Program-made: the position numbers and the translations under genes
Part shown: one piece after another, positions 27,210 through 41,695 of the stretch
How the letters are laid out: each line of letters starts with the position of its first letter
Position numbering within the stretch: the stretch's first letter is position 1
The notes under the pieces: generated by a model
Told to the model about the DNA's origin: nothing
The model's database searches: none
The model's input: only the letters and a program-made list of their open reading frames with translations
Assembly (NCBI RefSeq): GCF_006345805.1
Contig: NW_021833030.1
Coordinates: 25,505-89,504 of the forward strand
Reading direction: 5' to 3'
From: Octopus sinensis
Taxonomy: Eukaryota
DNA: 64,000 nt

Positions 27210-28130
27210 AAGTTCCAAGCAAAACCCCTTCGTAGAGTGGGTGAATCTCGCAAAAGTTGGTCTGGAGCCTGTGTTCGAATAACCTGACAAAAAAGGTATC
27301 CTTAAATTTGGTTTCCTTTAATATTCTAAAATTATTTAACATCTTATTTGATCTGCTGGATTCTCTTCGGAGTATCTGAACCCGGACACTTATCACACGG
27401 TGGTAGCAGAATTATTTAAATATTGGTAGAGATGTGGATCTTTTCGGTTTGAACGGCAGTTTTTTAAAATAATTTCCACGTAACTAAAATATTTTAGATT
27501 TCGTATACTGGTAGAATGTGTTTATAAAACATCCTTTTCTCTTGGCTTTATTGAGAAAATTCTATAGTTTGTAAGATATTTGTTGTTTTTTCTTCAATTT
27601 CTGCAATTTCAACCAATCATTGACGTCTATTGAGGTGAAAATATTCTGTGCCGTTTGAAAATGTACCTCGTTTAAGAAACAGATTGGGTTTATTTACATT
27701 TCTGCAGAAAAAAAGATACCCTTCCCCCACCCCTAACCCTAACTCTAAAAGAGATTGAAATGCAATAGATCGATACTAGGGTCGTAATTATGGGTGACAA
27801 TTTCATATGACACCGCTAGAAAAAACTGCCGTTCAAACAGAAAAGTTCCATAGATGTTACCTAGCTCAAGGTCAGTTCTAGATCGATCAGGCCAAAGGAA
27901 CATAGGTAGTCGACTGGACAAAAACGCCAGGTTGCATTCGAACACATTTTTGCTGCTCTTTCTAGGAGGGCTGTGTCGTCCTAGAAACAACCACATTAGA
28001 TCACGTTTTCTCATTGGGATTAACCACATTGGAATTAAGGTACTACTTAATGCTGAAAAGGTACCTAGGTATTTAAATGTGATTCCAGCCTCATTTTTCG
28101 TCCTTCTGAATAGCCGTGTGGTCAAACAGA
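27210..28130 (-). pseudogene. Highly decayed LINE reverse-transcriptase C-terminal relic (CR1/L2-like), interrupted by the MITE
   Basis: Minus-strand peptides ITFKYLGTF and TKFKDTFFVR resemble the RT-thumb FKYLG and terminal FKxSFFxR motifs. Frameshifted. Confidence 0.35.
27436..27849. mobile_element. Second copy of the Merlin-like MITE, opposite orientation
   Basis: Same TIRs. TSD AGAGATGT (27428-27435) / ATAGATGT (27850-27857). Internal CCCTAACCCTAA. Confidence 0.9.
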
Positions 28131-28648
28131 TGAGAAAATATTATTCATCAGAGTAGCCAGCACGCACCCTTCCCTGATTCCAGACTTTAAATTGAAGTAT
28201 CCAGAACACAAGAATTTGGAATTTGGATGTTTAGAAGATAACTTCAAGCCAGCATCAGATGGAAATTCGAAGAAAAAAGGTTTCGAATCCGATCATATTG
28301 TTCAATGTTTAATGAGGAAACAATAAACCCCAGTTTCTCTTCCGGGACCTGCAAATGCTCAACTATGACTGACAGCAAACACATTTCTTTTATTTGAGGA
28401 TATTCTTACTCAACGAAAACGGTTCAGCGTTGCGAGAAGGAAAAAAAATGATCCACCATAGACATATTCAACTTCGTAGATATCCTCCTCCTCCTCCTCA
28501 TCATCATCATCGTTATCATCATCGTCAGCATCATCATCATCGTCGTCGTCGTCGTCGTCGTCCTCCTCCTCCTCCTCCTCCTCACCCTCATCCTCCTCAT
28601 CATCCTCCTCATCATCATCATCGTCATCATCATCATTATCATCGTCAG

Positions 28649-28691
<43 letters not shown>

Positions 28692-29451
28692 GTCGTCGTC
28701 GTCGTCATCATCATCATCATCATCATTACCATCATCATAACCATCATCATCCTTCTCATTATTACCATTATCACCATCTTCAATATCAGCATAACCAGCA
28801 TAACCATCATCATCATCGTCGTCGTCATCGTCGTCGCCATCATCATCATCATTATCACCATTCCACCACTATCATCACTGGCACCGACAGCAGCATTACT
28901 ACCAGCCTCAACACAACCATCATCATCATCATCATCATCATCATCATTTGAATTAATATCATTATAATCGTCGTCATAATCACGACCACCACCATCCTCA
29001 GTAGCATCATCTTCGTTTTTATTTTCTTTCCTTCTATTATGTTCTCTCATTCTGTTGTTGTTATTGTTGTTGTTGCCTCATGTTTACTTAACCGTCCACC
29101 ACGACATAGTTATTGAGCTAGTAAAATTAAAAAGAAAAAAACTTTTTTTCTTCCCCTACCCTTTTCAATTCATTTCAGTGAACTCGGTTCATAAGTCTAG
29201 GCTTGTCGATCGTGTGGAAACACCTTTCAAAATACAACGTACACAGTATAAGACAAAAAAACCTGAACCCCGATCTTTTTTTTTTTGCTTTTTTGAAGAG
29301 AGGGGTTTAACGAAAACGAAAAAAGAAATGTATAGTCAAAGGTCTTTTCTTTTTCGTTTATATTTCAGCTTTAACTTTATATTTAACAATGTTTCACAGA
29401 AAATATTGCTCCCTCTTGTTCTCTCTCTGTTTTTTTCTGTCCATTATCTGT

Positions 29452-29486
<35 letters not shown>

Positions 29487-29534
29487 ACACACTCTTCTTC
29501 TTCGCGCTCCTTCTATTATTATAATATCATTGTT

Positions 29535-30122
29535 CGTTAGCACGCCGGGTAAAATGGCTTTTCGTCCATCCTTACGTTCTGAGTTCAAATTACGCCGAGG
29601 TCGACTTTCCTTTTCATCCTTTCGGGGTCGATAAATTAAGTACTGGGGAAACAATGGACTGGGGTCAATGTAATCGACTAGTCCCCCTCTCCCCAAATTT
29701 CAGGCCTTGTGCCTATAATTGAAAGGATTATTATATCATTATTGTTCAGGCGGCGAGCTGGCAGAATCGTTAGCACGATTTACGTTCTGAGTTCAAACTC
29801 TGCCGAGGTCGACTTGCCTTTTTTCCTTTCGGGGTCAATGTATTTAAGTACCAGTTACGCACTGGTTTCCAAGTAATCGACTCATCCTCTCCCCCAAAAT
29901 TCACGCCTTTTGCCCATAGTAGAAAGGATTATTAGAACTGTTAGCATGCCGGGTAAGACACACCGGCATTTCGTTTGTCCTTACGTTATGAGTTCAAATT
30001 CCACCGAGGTCGACTTTGATATTCAATCTTTTGGGTGGCGATAGATTAAGCACCAGTGACACACTGGGGTCGATCTAATCAGCTTATACTTTCCACTACA
30101 ATTGCTGGCCTTGTGTCAAAAT
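29535..30122 (+). mobile_element. Three tandem SINE family B copies
   Basis: Repeated GAGTTCAAAT...CCGAGGTCGACTT...AAGTACCAG...GGCCTTGTG units starting near 29535, 29749 and 29940. Confidence 0.85.
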
Positions 30123-31220
30123 CTTGAAACCACTATGTACTTATCACTGCTCTGTTTTAATCCTTCATTTACAGTTTTCCTCAACAATGAAAATTAATTC
30201 GTATACCTATTTTTTTTTTTTGGTGCTTTTTCTCCTAAATGTAATTTTCATTCTAATTTCTTCTTATCCCTCACCGGCTGTGTCTCCTTTTAAAGCTTAC
30301 ACTGAAGACCCACATATGACAGTGGACAGGGCTACAGTGATATAGTTGTGAAAGACCTCGCTCTCTAACCAATCTAGAAATAATAATTTTAAAAGAAAAT
30401 AAAAGCCAGCAGCTAAAAAAACAAACCGGTATAGGGCCGTCCATCAGCTGGAACTTGGATCGATAAAGTCGAAAGCAAAAATCACCATTCTCTTTAAATC
30501 AACCATATTCTCCACTGCCCTTCTACCCCTCCACTTCGTTTTTATATTTGTTTCCTTCTTTTTTTTCGTTCAATTTCATTATTTCTTCCTCTGTCTGTAA
30601 ACCGTTCTTTAAATTTTGCCACCATTTAATCTTTTGCTGTGTCTCGTATGCACAATATACCATTGAGCAAGCCATGAACATCTCACTCTCCCAGTTTCAC
30701 GTTTCTCCTTCTATATTTCATGATTAACTTCTTTTAATCCCTGAACTGCGGTTATGCTGGGGCATCACCTGGAAGGGTTTTAGTTGAACAAATTGACCTC
30801 GGTTGTCAGTCGGTGGGTTGGGGGTTGTTTCACACACCCACACACAAACACATGTATACATATATATATATATATAGCAATAAGAAAATGGAGGAGAACA
30901 ATAGATGGTTCATCAACTTTTAGACATTATATTTTATTAACTTATTTATTTATTTATTTATGTATATATGTATGTATATATGTATGTATGTATGTATGTA
31001 CTAGAGCTCACTTTATCCAAACCATTTTAGAATTACAGTTCCTAAGATTCATCAGAAAACTGATCATTTTGCCTGGTTAACATGGGGCGAGTGTTGATTC
31101 TAAACATCTCATCCTTCATGCTGGATAAACTCAGATATTTGAAATTTATTGGTTTTCATTATTCTGTTATCAAAATGTTACTCAGTTTTTCTTTATTTTT
31201 CTTCTTTAGTCCTAAATATA

Positions 31221-31394
31221 GCCGCAGGAGTGGCTGTGTGGTGAGAAGCTTGCCTCCCAACCACATGGAACAGGGTTCAGCCCTTGGGTAAGTGTCTTCT
31301 ACTATAACATCAGGCCGACCAAAGCATTGCGAGTGGATTTGGTAGAGGGAGACTGAAAGAAGCCCATCGTTTATATATATGTATATACACACAA

Positions 31395-31449
<55 letters not shown>

Positions 31450-31662
31450 TATATATGTATATATTTGTGTGTTTGTCTCCTCCCCACCATCGCTTGAAAA
31501 CCGATATCGGTGTGTGTACCTCCCCGCAACGTAGCGGTTCAGCAAGAGAGACAGATAGAATAAGTACTAGGCTTACCAAGAATAAGTCCTCGAGTTGATT
31601 TGTTCGACTAAAGGCAGTGCTCCACCATGATCGCAGTCAAATGACCGAAACGAGTAAAATAA
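31221..31662 (+). mobile_element. SINE family A
   Basis: GCCGCAGGAGTGGCTGTGTGG head, internal (TA)/(CA) tract and standard tail. Confidence 0.9.
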
Positions 31663-31665
31663 TGA

Positions 31666-31735
<70 letters not shown>

Positions 31736-31944
31736 TATATAAACGGGCTTCCACACAGTTTCTGTCTCCGAAATTAACTGGGCCTGGGGTTTAGAACACA
31801 TTTTCCCAGCATGGTGCAGTAGGGTCGAACTTGCAACTACCTGATTTGTTTTAGTAAATACAATATAATAAATAGTCAACTGTCCGTTTTTAATGATATT
31901 CGGTTGATATACTTCTGTACTATATGTAAAAGGACTAAAATTTT

Positions 31945-32350
31945 GGAGAAGGCGGCTAGTCGATTACATCGACCCTAGTGCTCAACTAGTACTTATTTCT
32001 TCGACCCCGAAAGAGTGAAAAGCAAAGTCGACCCTGGCGGAATTTGAACTAAGAACGTAAAGATGGACGAAGTACCGCTAAACATTATATCCGGCGTGTT
32101 AACGATTCTGCCAGCTCACCGCTTTACAATAATAATAATTATTATTTCAAATGTTTGCCACAAGGGCAGCTTGGGGGCGGTGGGGACGAGTCGATTACAT
32201 CGACCCCAGTGTTCAACTGGTACCTATTTCATCGACCCCGAAAGGACGAAAAGCAAAGTCAACCTCGACGAAATTTGAACTCACAGAGTAAAGACGGACA
32301 AAATACCGCTAAGCATTTTGTCCGGCATACTAAAGGTCCCACCAGCTAGT
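31945..32350 (-). mobile_element. Two tandem SINE family B copies
   Basis: Two reverse-complement bodies (TCGACCCCGAAAG...AAAGTC...AATTTGAACT) separated by (AAT)n. Confidence 0.85.
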
Positions 32351-32604
32351 CACCTTATACTTGTTTGATATTAGATCCTCATGACCACTGTTGAGACACT
32401 TCCGCTGTCCCTTTGTCAGTTGTTCCTTCCGTTTTGGTAGTAGTTAATGTTATTTTGTTTGTTTGTGTTAGGGTCAAATATGGTAAAACCTTCTCTGATC
32501 ATATCTGACGCCTACATCTCCCACCGAACGCATCATTTCACCTCCTACAATGCCTGCTGTTGTTCCTTGTGTCCTATCATTACTGACCCACCATTACCTC
32601 TACT

Positions 32605-33810
32605 ACAACCGACACCACCACCACCACCACCACCACCACCTGCACCACCACTACCACCACCGCCACCACCATCACCATCACCACCACCACCACTACCACA
32701 ACCACAACCACCACCACAACCACCACCACAACCACCACCGCCACCACCACCAGCAACACCACCACCATCACCACCACCACAGCAACAACAACCACAACCA
32801 CAACGACAATTACCACCACCACAATCACCACCACTACCACCGTCACCATCATCGCCACCACTTGCCCTTCAGCTTCTGATACCATTCTCATGCCATTATT
32901 GTCTTACGTCCAGAAACTTCCCCCATCCTGTTTCTCTCTATATTTTCTCCTTCTCTCTCTCTCTCTCCCTCTCAACCCCACGCCCAATGTCTTTTGTTCT
33001 CACTCTGTCACATGTCGCTTTCCCTTACTCAATATTCATCTCTCTTTTTCTCCGTCACTCACTCACTCACACTCCAAAGCTCTCTCTCTCGTACGTTCTA
33101 ACTTACATATTCGTTCCCTCTCCTTCAATTATTATCTCACTCACTCTCACTTATTCTCACTCACTCAGTTACTCTCTCTCTCTCTCTCTCTCACTCTCAC
33201 TCTTTCTGCCACTGCTTCTCTCTGCCCTTCTCTTTCTCTCTCTCTCTACCTCTCCCTCCCTCAGCATCTCCCTCTCTCTCTCTCTCGCTCTTTGTGCCTC
33301 TGCTTCTCTCTGCCCTTCCCTCCTCTCTCTCTGCCTCTCTCTCTCTCTCACACACTTTGTGCCTCTGCTTCTCTCTGCCCTTCTCTCTCTCTCTCTCTCT
33401 GCCTCTCTTGCTCGCTCTTGCAGTCACACTCACTGCAAGCCTCTCTCATTCTCACTCTCATGTTATCGCTCTGCCACACTCCACTGTCATTCTCTCTCTT
33501 TTTCTCACTCACACTTTGTCTCTCTCCATTTCTTTCATCTCCACTCTCGTTCACCCTCTCTTCTCTTAATCTTAATTTGATGTTTTCTTGGTCACTCACT
33601 CACACATGCGTTCACTTATTCAACTACACATCAATCTCTCTCACACATCTTTTGTCTCTCTCACTCAACCAAACACACTCCCTCTATCTCTTTGTCTTAC
33701 TCTAATGCTTTCTCTCTCTCTCACTCTTCAATGCTCACTCACTCAACCACATACACACCGACACACACACTCTCTCTCTCTTTCTCTCTCTCTCTCTCGT
33801 CTTACTCTTA
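32605..33810. repeat. (CCA)n tract followed by (CT)n-rich low-complexity sequence
   Basis: Direct inspection. It is the source of the 377-aa and 271-aa pseudo-ORFs. Confidence 0.9.
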
Positions 33811-34237
33811 GTCATTCATCCATCCAACTTTATTCAATATCTTTTACTCTTTTGTCGGTACACTTTTTTCCATTATTGTTTTTCCTAAAATATTTTTACA
33901 TTTTTTCCCGAAATCTGATTTTATTTCATTTTCAAGAAATTTCTTTTTTACCCATAATTCTAAACGTTGCGCTCCATCTGCTATTCTTCGGCTTCTCTGC
34001 TTCTTTTGTCCCATCCTGTCTGTCTCTTTCTCTCTCATAATTCTCTACATATCTCTAATTCCAGAAGCACCAATTCTTTTTCTCACTCTTTTATTCCACC
34101 ATTTCTTTATAGACTTACGTTTTAAACATGTTTCACACACGGCTGTGTGGTTAAGAATCTCGCATTGCAGCCACCTCATCTTGGGTTCAGTCCCACTGTA
34201 CAGCTCCAGGGGTGTATTCCATATATATATTACATAA

Positions 34238-34467
34238 GGCGGCGAGCTGGCAGAAACGTTAGCACTCCGGGCGAAATGCGTAGCCGTATTTCGTCTGTTG
34301 TTACGTTCTGAGTTCAAATTCTGCCGAGGTCGACTTTGCCTTTCAGCCTTTCGGGGTCGATAAATAAAGTACCCAGTTTGCACTGGGGACGATGTAATCG
34401 ACTTAATCCCTTTGTCTCTCCTTGTTTGTCCCCTCTATGTTTAGCCCCTTGTGGGCAGTAAAGAAAT
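34238..34467 (+). mobile_element. SINE family B, full length (Tx1-like tail subtype)
   Basis: GGCGGCGAGCTGGCAGAAACG...tail CCTTGTTTGTCCCCTCTATGTTTAGCCCCTTGTGGGCAGTAAAGAAAT. Confidence 0.92.
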
Positions 34468-35328
34468 GCATATTATATATACATATTTATATTTACACGG
34501 CTATCTACCTATGATATGTGTGTTTTAATGATATCATGTACAGCACATTTCTAAAATAAATTTGCATTACGCATTTAAATGGATATTTTATGTATTTTTT
34601 TCGTTTGCAAGATTCTTTATATGAATTCGTGTTTCGAAGCATATTTTATTGAGTCCACTTCAAACATCACACATAAACACAGCCACAAACATATGCACTC
34701 ACACACACACATCATCATCATTATCCTTATCATCATCATCAGTATCCCTCTTGCCATTTCAAATTCTTTCTCCTTTCTAACACCCGCTTTTTATTTTTGT
34801 TTTTTTGTTTCCTTTCATTTTCTATGCCTGACCTTTTTTTCACTTTTTCTTATTCTTTTCCATATTATTCTTTCTTTACAGAAAAAAAAATCCAATTTCT
34901 TCCTTAATTCACGCTGGCCTTATTAAAACAAGATTAGTAGAAGCTCTGACAATAGCCTGCTCAATACACACATATACACATACATTTACACATACAGGCG
35001 AGCATAAACGTACATATACATGACGACGCATAGATACGCAGAGAAGCAAACGTACAACACACAAAGATTCATACACTCAAATACAAACAAATACATTCGT
35101 CCATGAAGTGAGCTGACTCCCAACAAACGTGTACGCTCATACATTTACTCACACATACACTCACACGATTACATACGCATACATGCACACGATTACATAG
35201 ACATAAAACTGTATACACACATGTCCTCATATATTTTTTCTCTTATGTTTCTCAATGCCACTTTTATTGTATTGTGACAGTGCTAGAGCCCTCTCTTTAA
35301 GAGATTAGCAGTGGTTCTTAACTGGATA

Positions 35329-35427
35329 CATATGGCCCTTGGAAATCCATATGGCCCTCTAGAATCCATATGGCCCTCGGGAATCCATATGGCCCTCTAG
35401 AATCCATATGGCCCTTGGGATCCATAT
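35329..35427. repeat. 19-bp minisatellite, about 5 copies (CATATGGCCCTYKRGAATC)
   Basis: Direct inspection. It follows a hAT-like terminus CAGTGGTTCTTAAC at about 35309. Confidence 0.9.
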
Positions 35428-35454
35428 AAGATTTTGTTGTTAGAACTTATTTGC

Positions 35455-35682
35455 AGTTTGCTCCTTCTCGAGCCACCCCTGGCTCATTAGGGCCGGTTTC
35501 CCGGTTTCCTTGGTTTATAGGTTCCCCACCTGGACGGGACGCCGGTCCGTGGCAGGTGAGCTGCAAGGTGCAAGAGGAAAGAGTGAGAGAAAGTTGTGGC
35601 GAAAGAGTCAGCAGAAGTTCGCCATTACCTTCTGCCGGAGCCGCGCGGACCTTAGATGTTTCGCTCATAAACGCATACATCA
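35455..35682 (-). mobile_element. SINE family C, subtype C3 (5'-truncated)
   Basis: Reverse complement of the body and tail of the 43951 copy. Confidence 0.9.
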
Positions 35683-35990
35683 ATGCGATTTTGGTTATAT
35701 AAGTACTATTTTGGTAATATAAGTACTAGGTTTAAGAAATAAGCCCTGGAGTCGATTTGTTTGAGTAAAACCCTTGAAGGTGGTGCTCCAGCATAGCCGC
35801 AGTCAAACGACTGAAACAAGAGAATAAAAGAAGAAAAGAATGAACAATATGCAACAGAATTAAAAAGATTGCTTCAATAAATAATGTACTAAAATGAGGC
35901 AAAACCACCTGAGTATTTAGTTAGGTTCCTTCCCTAGTTCCCTAATAAAATATTGCCACCTTTCTTCTCTGTCACGTTTGTTGTATGGTA

Positions 35991-36264
35991 TTCCGTCGGT
36001 TACGACAACAAGGGATCCGTTTGATCCGATCAACGGAAAAAACGTGTAGCCTTAATGTAGTTCTAATGGAGTATCAGCGTGACACAAAATGTGACAAGGC
36101 TGACCGTTTGAATTACACGTACTGATCAGTTTTGCCAGCTGAGTGGACTGGAACAATGCGAAATAAAGTGTCTTGTTCAAGGACAGAACGCTCCGCCGGT
36201 TTTCGAACTCATGACCTCACGATCGTGAGCTGGACACCATAACCACTAAGCCATTCGCCTTCAC
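35991..36264 (-). mobile_element. SINE family D (different tRNA/CORE head, C1-type tail)
   Basis: Tail TTCCGTTGATCGGATCAA...GTCGTAACCGACGGA is shared with C1. Head TGGCTTAGTGGTTA...GAGTTCGAAAACC...CCTTGAACAAGACACTTTA. Confidence 0.75.
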
Positions 36265-36331
36265 ACGTTTTTTGTATATTGGCTTTAAATTTTAGCGCAA
36301 GGCTAGCAACTTTTGTTGCATATTATATATA

Positions 36332-36728
36332 CTGGCAGTATTGCCCGGTGTTGCTCGGGTTTGTTTTCTTTTCGACCCTTTAGAATTGGAATTTTTGAAA
36401 AGTAAAAATTTTGCATTATGTAGCTTGTTATTCTCTTTAAGTGAACATTTTTCTGGTTGAAATACACCGTAAAATGGCGACACAGCAGCCAAAACATCGT
36501 AAAAAAATAGGGATTTTCATAGAAAAAAAACTCGTTTTTGATGTAAATAATTTTTGGTGTTATCACGGTCCGATTTGAGTCTTTTCTTCTACGGAAGGAG
36601 GAGAAAGCCTTCCTCTATCATACACTCAATTTTGGTCAACTTGCACCGCAGGGTCTCGGAGGAGATAGTGTTAATTCAAAGCTACCAAATCTGCCATACA
36701 CAGACAACTTCAGCTTTATATATATAGA
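36332..36728 (-). mobile_element. Non-autonomous Helitron, second copy
   Basis: 5' A|TCTATATATATAAAG, 3' hairpin CCCGAGCAACACCGGG then CCAG|T. Colinear with 3966-4406. Confidence 0.85.
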
Positions 36729-37299
36729 TTTAGGTTGCACGTATACCGGTTCGTTTACAAAGCATTTACCATTTATTGTTTATCGTATAATACTTTATCT
36801 GAAAAAAAAACTAAACATTCAACAGAATATAAAAGCATTTAGTAAATCCACGAGTAAACAACGGAATGTCAGAATAAAATTCGCCAAAGAATGCTACACA
36901 CCCTTTAGAATACTAAGGTACTGTGATGACTACACTGTCTTTATATTTGTTTAAAGTATTGTATAGAACACTAAAGAATTCTGTAGAATACTTTATTCTT
37001 ACACTATGGCAACACACACACATACACACGCACACACGGACATTCACACACGGAGAACATACGTGTTATTTTTTAATTAAAATGCAAATGATTCATGACA
37101 GAAAGTCACGAAACATTTAAATTTTAATTAAAAAATAAATAATTTGATTCGTACTTGGACAAAGCAATAACCCTTTTAATAAGTCCATTAGAAAGAAACA
37201 ACAGTTCTTTTTGTTTGTCATGCGTCAACTGAATTTTAGCAGAGAAAATTACATATATATATATATGCATGTATACTTTATTTAAAAGCAGCAGAAATA

Positions 37300-37354
37300 T
37301 AACACAAGCTGTTACTCAGAGTTTCACGTTCCCGTTCGTCGGGGAGTTTTGTTA
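37300..37354 (-). ncRNA. Hammerhead-like motif (CCGACGA core variant) in a Penelope-like remnant
   Basis: Minus strand: CCGACGA-ACGGGAACGT-GAAA-CTCTGAG-TA-ACAG. Same family as 54060-54120, with stem I partly mutated. Confidence 0.45.
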
Positions 37355-38959
37355 AAATAGAACAGAAATAACAATTTGATGAAAAATAGTTAAAGGATAC
37401 ACCTTTAAAAATAGATTTGTTTCATTGGTCCTTTCAAATAACGGTGATAAATAAAACAAACAAAATATGAATTCAATATAAATTATAAATTATAAAAATC
37501 GAGGAAAAACCTTAAATCGGAGAGCGGATTCAAAATACATATTGTCATTAATTATATATTAAATATAATTCAATTAATACAATTAATACATTAAAAATTT
37601 TAATATTTCACAACAGTATATACGCATACTAAATCATCAATAAACATATATACATAAAAATGCACAGATGGATGTACACAGACCACATACATATGCAGAC
37701 ATATATATGCAAGACGTAAATATATATGGTCCTTTTAACATATAAGTATTATATTTTTAAATGCCTACAAACCTAATATATTGACATCTGTAGGCAATGT
37801 AAGTTGGATAAACTTTTGACCATAGGCTGAAACAGCTGTACGAAGTGGTTTATGGGTTTCAATAATTTATAATAGGACTTTTAAAATCTGTGTTTGTATT
37901 ATTATATTATCTATTCATTTATATATTATTTTGCATGCTTTTGATGTTCTCATTTGTAAAATGAATAAATAATATAACATTGTAATATCCGTAGGTTGAT
38001 GAACAAACTGAATTTGTTTCTCCATTTTCTTATTTGTATTATATATATATATATATCGAAGATACGTCTCGCTTTTATCCTTCGAAACGTAGAGTAGATG
38101 AAAGCTTTAGCGACTGAAGAAGGGGTTTTTCCTTGTGTTAATTGTCCTGTATTCTATTTTTTATGTTTTCGTTTCTCATTGTGTTCGACGTCCTTTTTGG
38201 TGTCCTGTACTCATATATGCATGTATATGTACATGTAGAGGTAGGTACGTACATATATGTTTATATATATGCATATGTTTTATTTTATCTATTAATATAT
38301 ATATATATATAATATACATATGCATGTTCAAATGTATGCTTATTGCTTTTCGTCAAATAGTTTGCACTCCTTGTATTATATACCTGATATTTTTACCCCA
38401 ATTTCTTGAGCATTTTGGTAAACTGTTCCACGAAAATACATCGTGATAATATATTTTCAGAAACATGTCATTCTCTATGTTACTCTCCGTTTTAAATATC
38501 TACATGTGTATGAATGTGAGCGCATGAAAGCATATTTATGTGCATGTGTGTATATGTGCATGTGTGTAAGAGTGTATGTGTGTGTATGTGTGTGATTCTG
38601 TGCATATGTCATTTCCTAAAGTGATCGTCATTGTTACGTTAGAGTCTAACGGTTAGACACTGAAAAACTTCCTTCGAATACAATCGGATATGTTAGATGT
38701 GTCAAGTATATGACGTACGTATACGATATATGCGTACATCTGTAATTCTCTTCAAATGTGTTACATATGTACCACAACGCTCGGCATTAATACACACATA
38801 CACATAAGTATAGGCAGTCGCATACGCACATACATGCATATATGTATAATACGTACGTACACATGTCGTAACACACTTGTCTGTATGCCAATGTTTCCAG
38901 ATAATCTCTTCGAACATGTATGTACATGTATGTGATAAACACGCTTGGATAAAGCACCA

Positions 38960-39009
<50 letters not shown>

Positions 39010-39045
39010 ACACACACACAAATATATATATATATACTATATATC

Positions 39046-39089
<44 letters not shown>

Positions 39090-39252
39090 ATATTATGTAT
39101 ACGCATACGTAGACCACAGGACATATGCACACGATCAGACAAACAAATATATATATGTAAATATATACATATATATAAATACATATAAATATATATATAT
39201 ATATATAATATATTACACGGATATATATATGTATATATGTATATATTGTATG

Positions 39253-39284
<32 letters not shown>

Positions 39285-39327
39285 GTATGTATGTATGTAA
39301 GTATGTATATATATATATATGTGTGTG

Positions 39328-39374
<47 letters not shown>

Positions 39375-39968
39375 ATATATATATATATATATATATACAT
39401 ACATATATACAAAATTGTAAACAGGTAAGGAGACATAAGCAAAAAATATTGTGAATAGATAAAGGCAGAAAGAGTCACTACTAGAAGAATTTCATGAATC
39501 TACAAAAAACAACAACAAACCAAAAAAAAAGCGGAAAACAAAAAAAGAAAAACAAAAAACCCCACAAACAGAATGGAATAAGCAACGAAAGGAAGACATA
39601 CGAATAAAAACAGAAAGAATTGAAAGTAAAAAAAAAAACAACAACAAAAAAGACCCAAACAGATTCAAAGAAATACAAAAAACATTCATATCTTGTTAGC
39701 TGTTGGCAACGTTTATTTTTTTTTTTTTGTCTTTTTTTTTGTGTGTGAGTTTTTTTTTTTTCTTACGGGTTGCAAAACGAAGTTTGGGTGGATGCGTATG
39801 GTGGGTTTAAATGTGAAAAGATCTAGGAGGTAGGGGGTGTTGTGTTATACGCGGATTTGATATTAATGTATGCGCGGGGAAGTCTGGTCTATTTTTGAGC
39901 AACATTTTTAACCCTGTCACTCAGAGATATTTTGGTATGACAAGTTACGTCTGTATTATACACACACA

Positions 39969-40010
<42 letters not shown>

Positions 40011-40024
40011 ACACATATACATTA

Positions 40025-40082
<58 letters not shown>

Positions 40083-40114
40083 GGATAGATAGAGAGATAG
40101 ATAGATAGATAGAG

Positions 40115-40152
<38 letters not shown>

Positions 40153-40153
40153 C

Positions 40154-40185
<32 letters not shown>

Positions 40186-40282
40186 CATACATACATACAT
40201 ACATACAAACATACATAAATACATACATACATACATACATACATACATACATACATACATACATACATGCATAATATATATA

Positions 40283-40480
40283 CGGTTTCCCAGTTTCTTT
40301 GGCGTATAGGTTCCCCACCTGAACAGGACGCCGGTCAGTCGCAGGGGAGCTGCAAGATGCAGGAGGAAAGAGTGAGAGAAATTAATGGCGAAAGAGTCAG
40401 CTGAAGTTCGCCATTACCTTCTGCCGGAGTCGCGTGTAGCTTACGTATTTCGCTCATACCATTAGGCCATGTGCCTCCAC
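40283..40480 (-). mobile_element. SINE family C3 with internal deletion
   Basis: Head GTGGAGGCACATGGCCTA is joined directly to ATGAGCGAAA..., so the B box is deleted. Confidence 0.85.
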
Positions 40481-40589
40481 ATTTGTATATGTGTGTGTAT
40501 ATATATATATACAGATAGTAGATGGATAGATAGATAGTTAGATAAACACATACGCATACACCACACACACACAGCACACAATATATATA

Positions 40590-40630
<41 letters not shown>

Positions 40631-40967
40631 TATATAATATATATATTTTCTATATATATTATATATATATATATCCTCTCTATGCACAATTAATTTTATT
40701 CATTACTCATGCTTGAGGGGCACATGCACATACATATCAGCATATAGAAAATATACGCATTTTACGTGTATGGGTTTATATATATATAAAGAGAGAGAGA
40801 GAGAGAGAGAGAGGACATATACACACACATATAGAGGGAGAGAGAGGAAGAGAGACAGAGATATACTCACATGTATGAATATACATCTCTATGTATAATT
40901 ATAATATAAATGCTATATATATACGTACTTAGATACATATAGATACATAGAGTGACAGACTCATACT

Positions 40968-41061
<94 letters not shown>

Positions 41062-41511
41062 TTCTTATGAATGCAGTAACATTTTGTCTGAATGTTTAAC
41101 AGTGATGGTGGTATGTATGATGACTCGTGTAAGTTGGCAGGTTTGGATGCTACATCAGAATTGTCCTGCACGATGTTTGCTGTCAGCCATGACTTTACAG
41201 CAAATTCCGTATCGCACGCTTTGGAAAGTAGCCTGATGAAGAAGTGTAAAGACGATTCGAGAATAGAACGAGAGAGCAGAACATGATTTTTTAAATAATG
41301 CCATGTGTTGAGCTAACATGCAGTCAGTCAGATGATATACACATCATTTTCTGTACAGACGGATGCATGTAGTAACACAAACACACACACGCACATACAC
41401 ACACACACACACACGCACATACACACACACATACACACACACATACAATACCATAACACACCACACTCATGCATACACATTGACATACACAGACGTATAT
41501 ATATGTATGTG

Positions 41512-41551
<40 letters not shown>

Positions 41552-41569
41552 TACACATATACATATATG

Positions 41570-41616
<47 letters not shown>

Positions 41617-41658
41617 ACGCATAAACAGGTACATGTATGTATACATATACACACGCAA

Positions 41659-41695
<37 letters not shown>

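Noticed and set aside
32447-33705. 377-aa and 271-aa ORFs (poly-Pro, Leu/Ser-rich)
   Set aside because: Translations of (CCA)n and (CT)n repeats. They are open in several frames and contain no domain.
35329-35427. CRISPR-like array
   Set aside because: Head-to-tail 19-bp minisatellite without unique spacers, in a eukaryotic context with no cas genes.
37820-38130. Half-hammerhead motifs GAAACAGCTGTA (about 37828-37840) and CCTTCGAAACGTA / CTGAAGAAGG (about 38079-38123)
   Set aside because: A complete three-stem fold cannot be assembled. At most these are decayed Penelope remnants.
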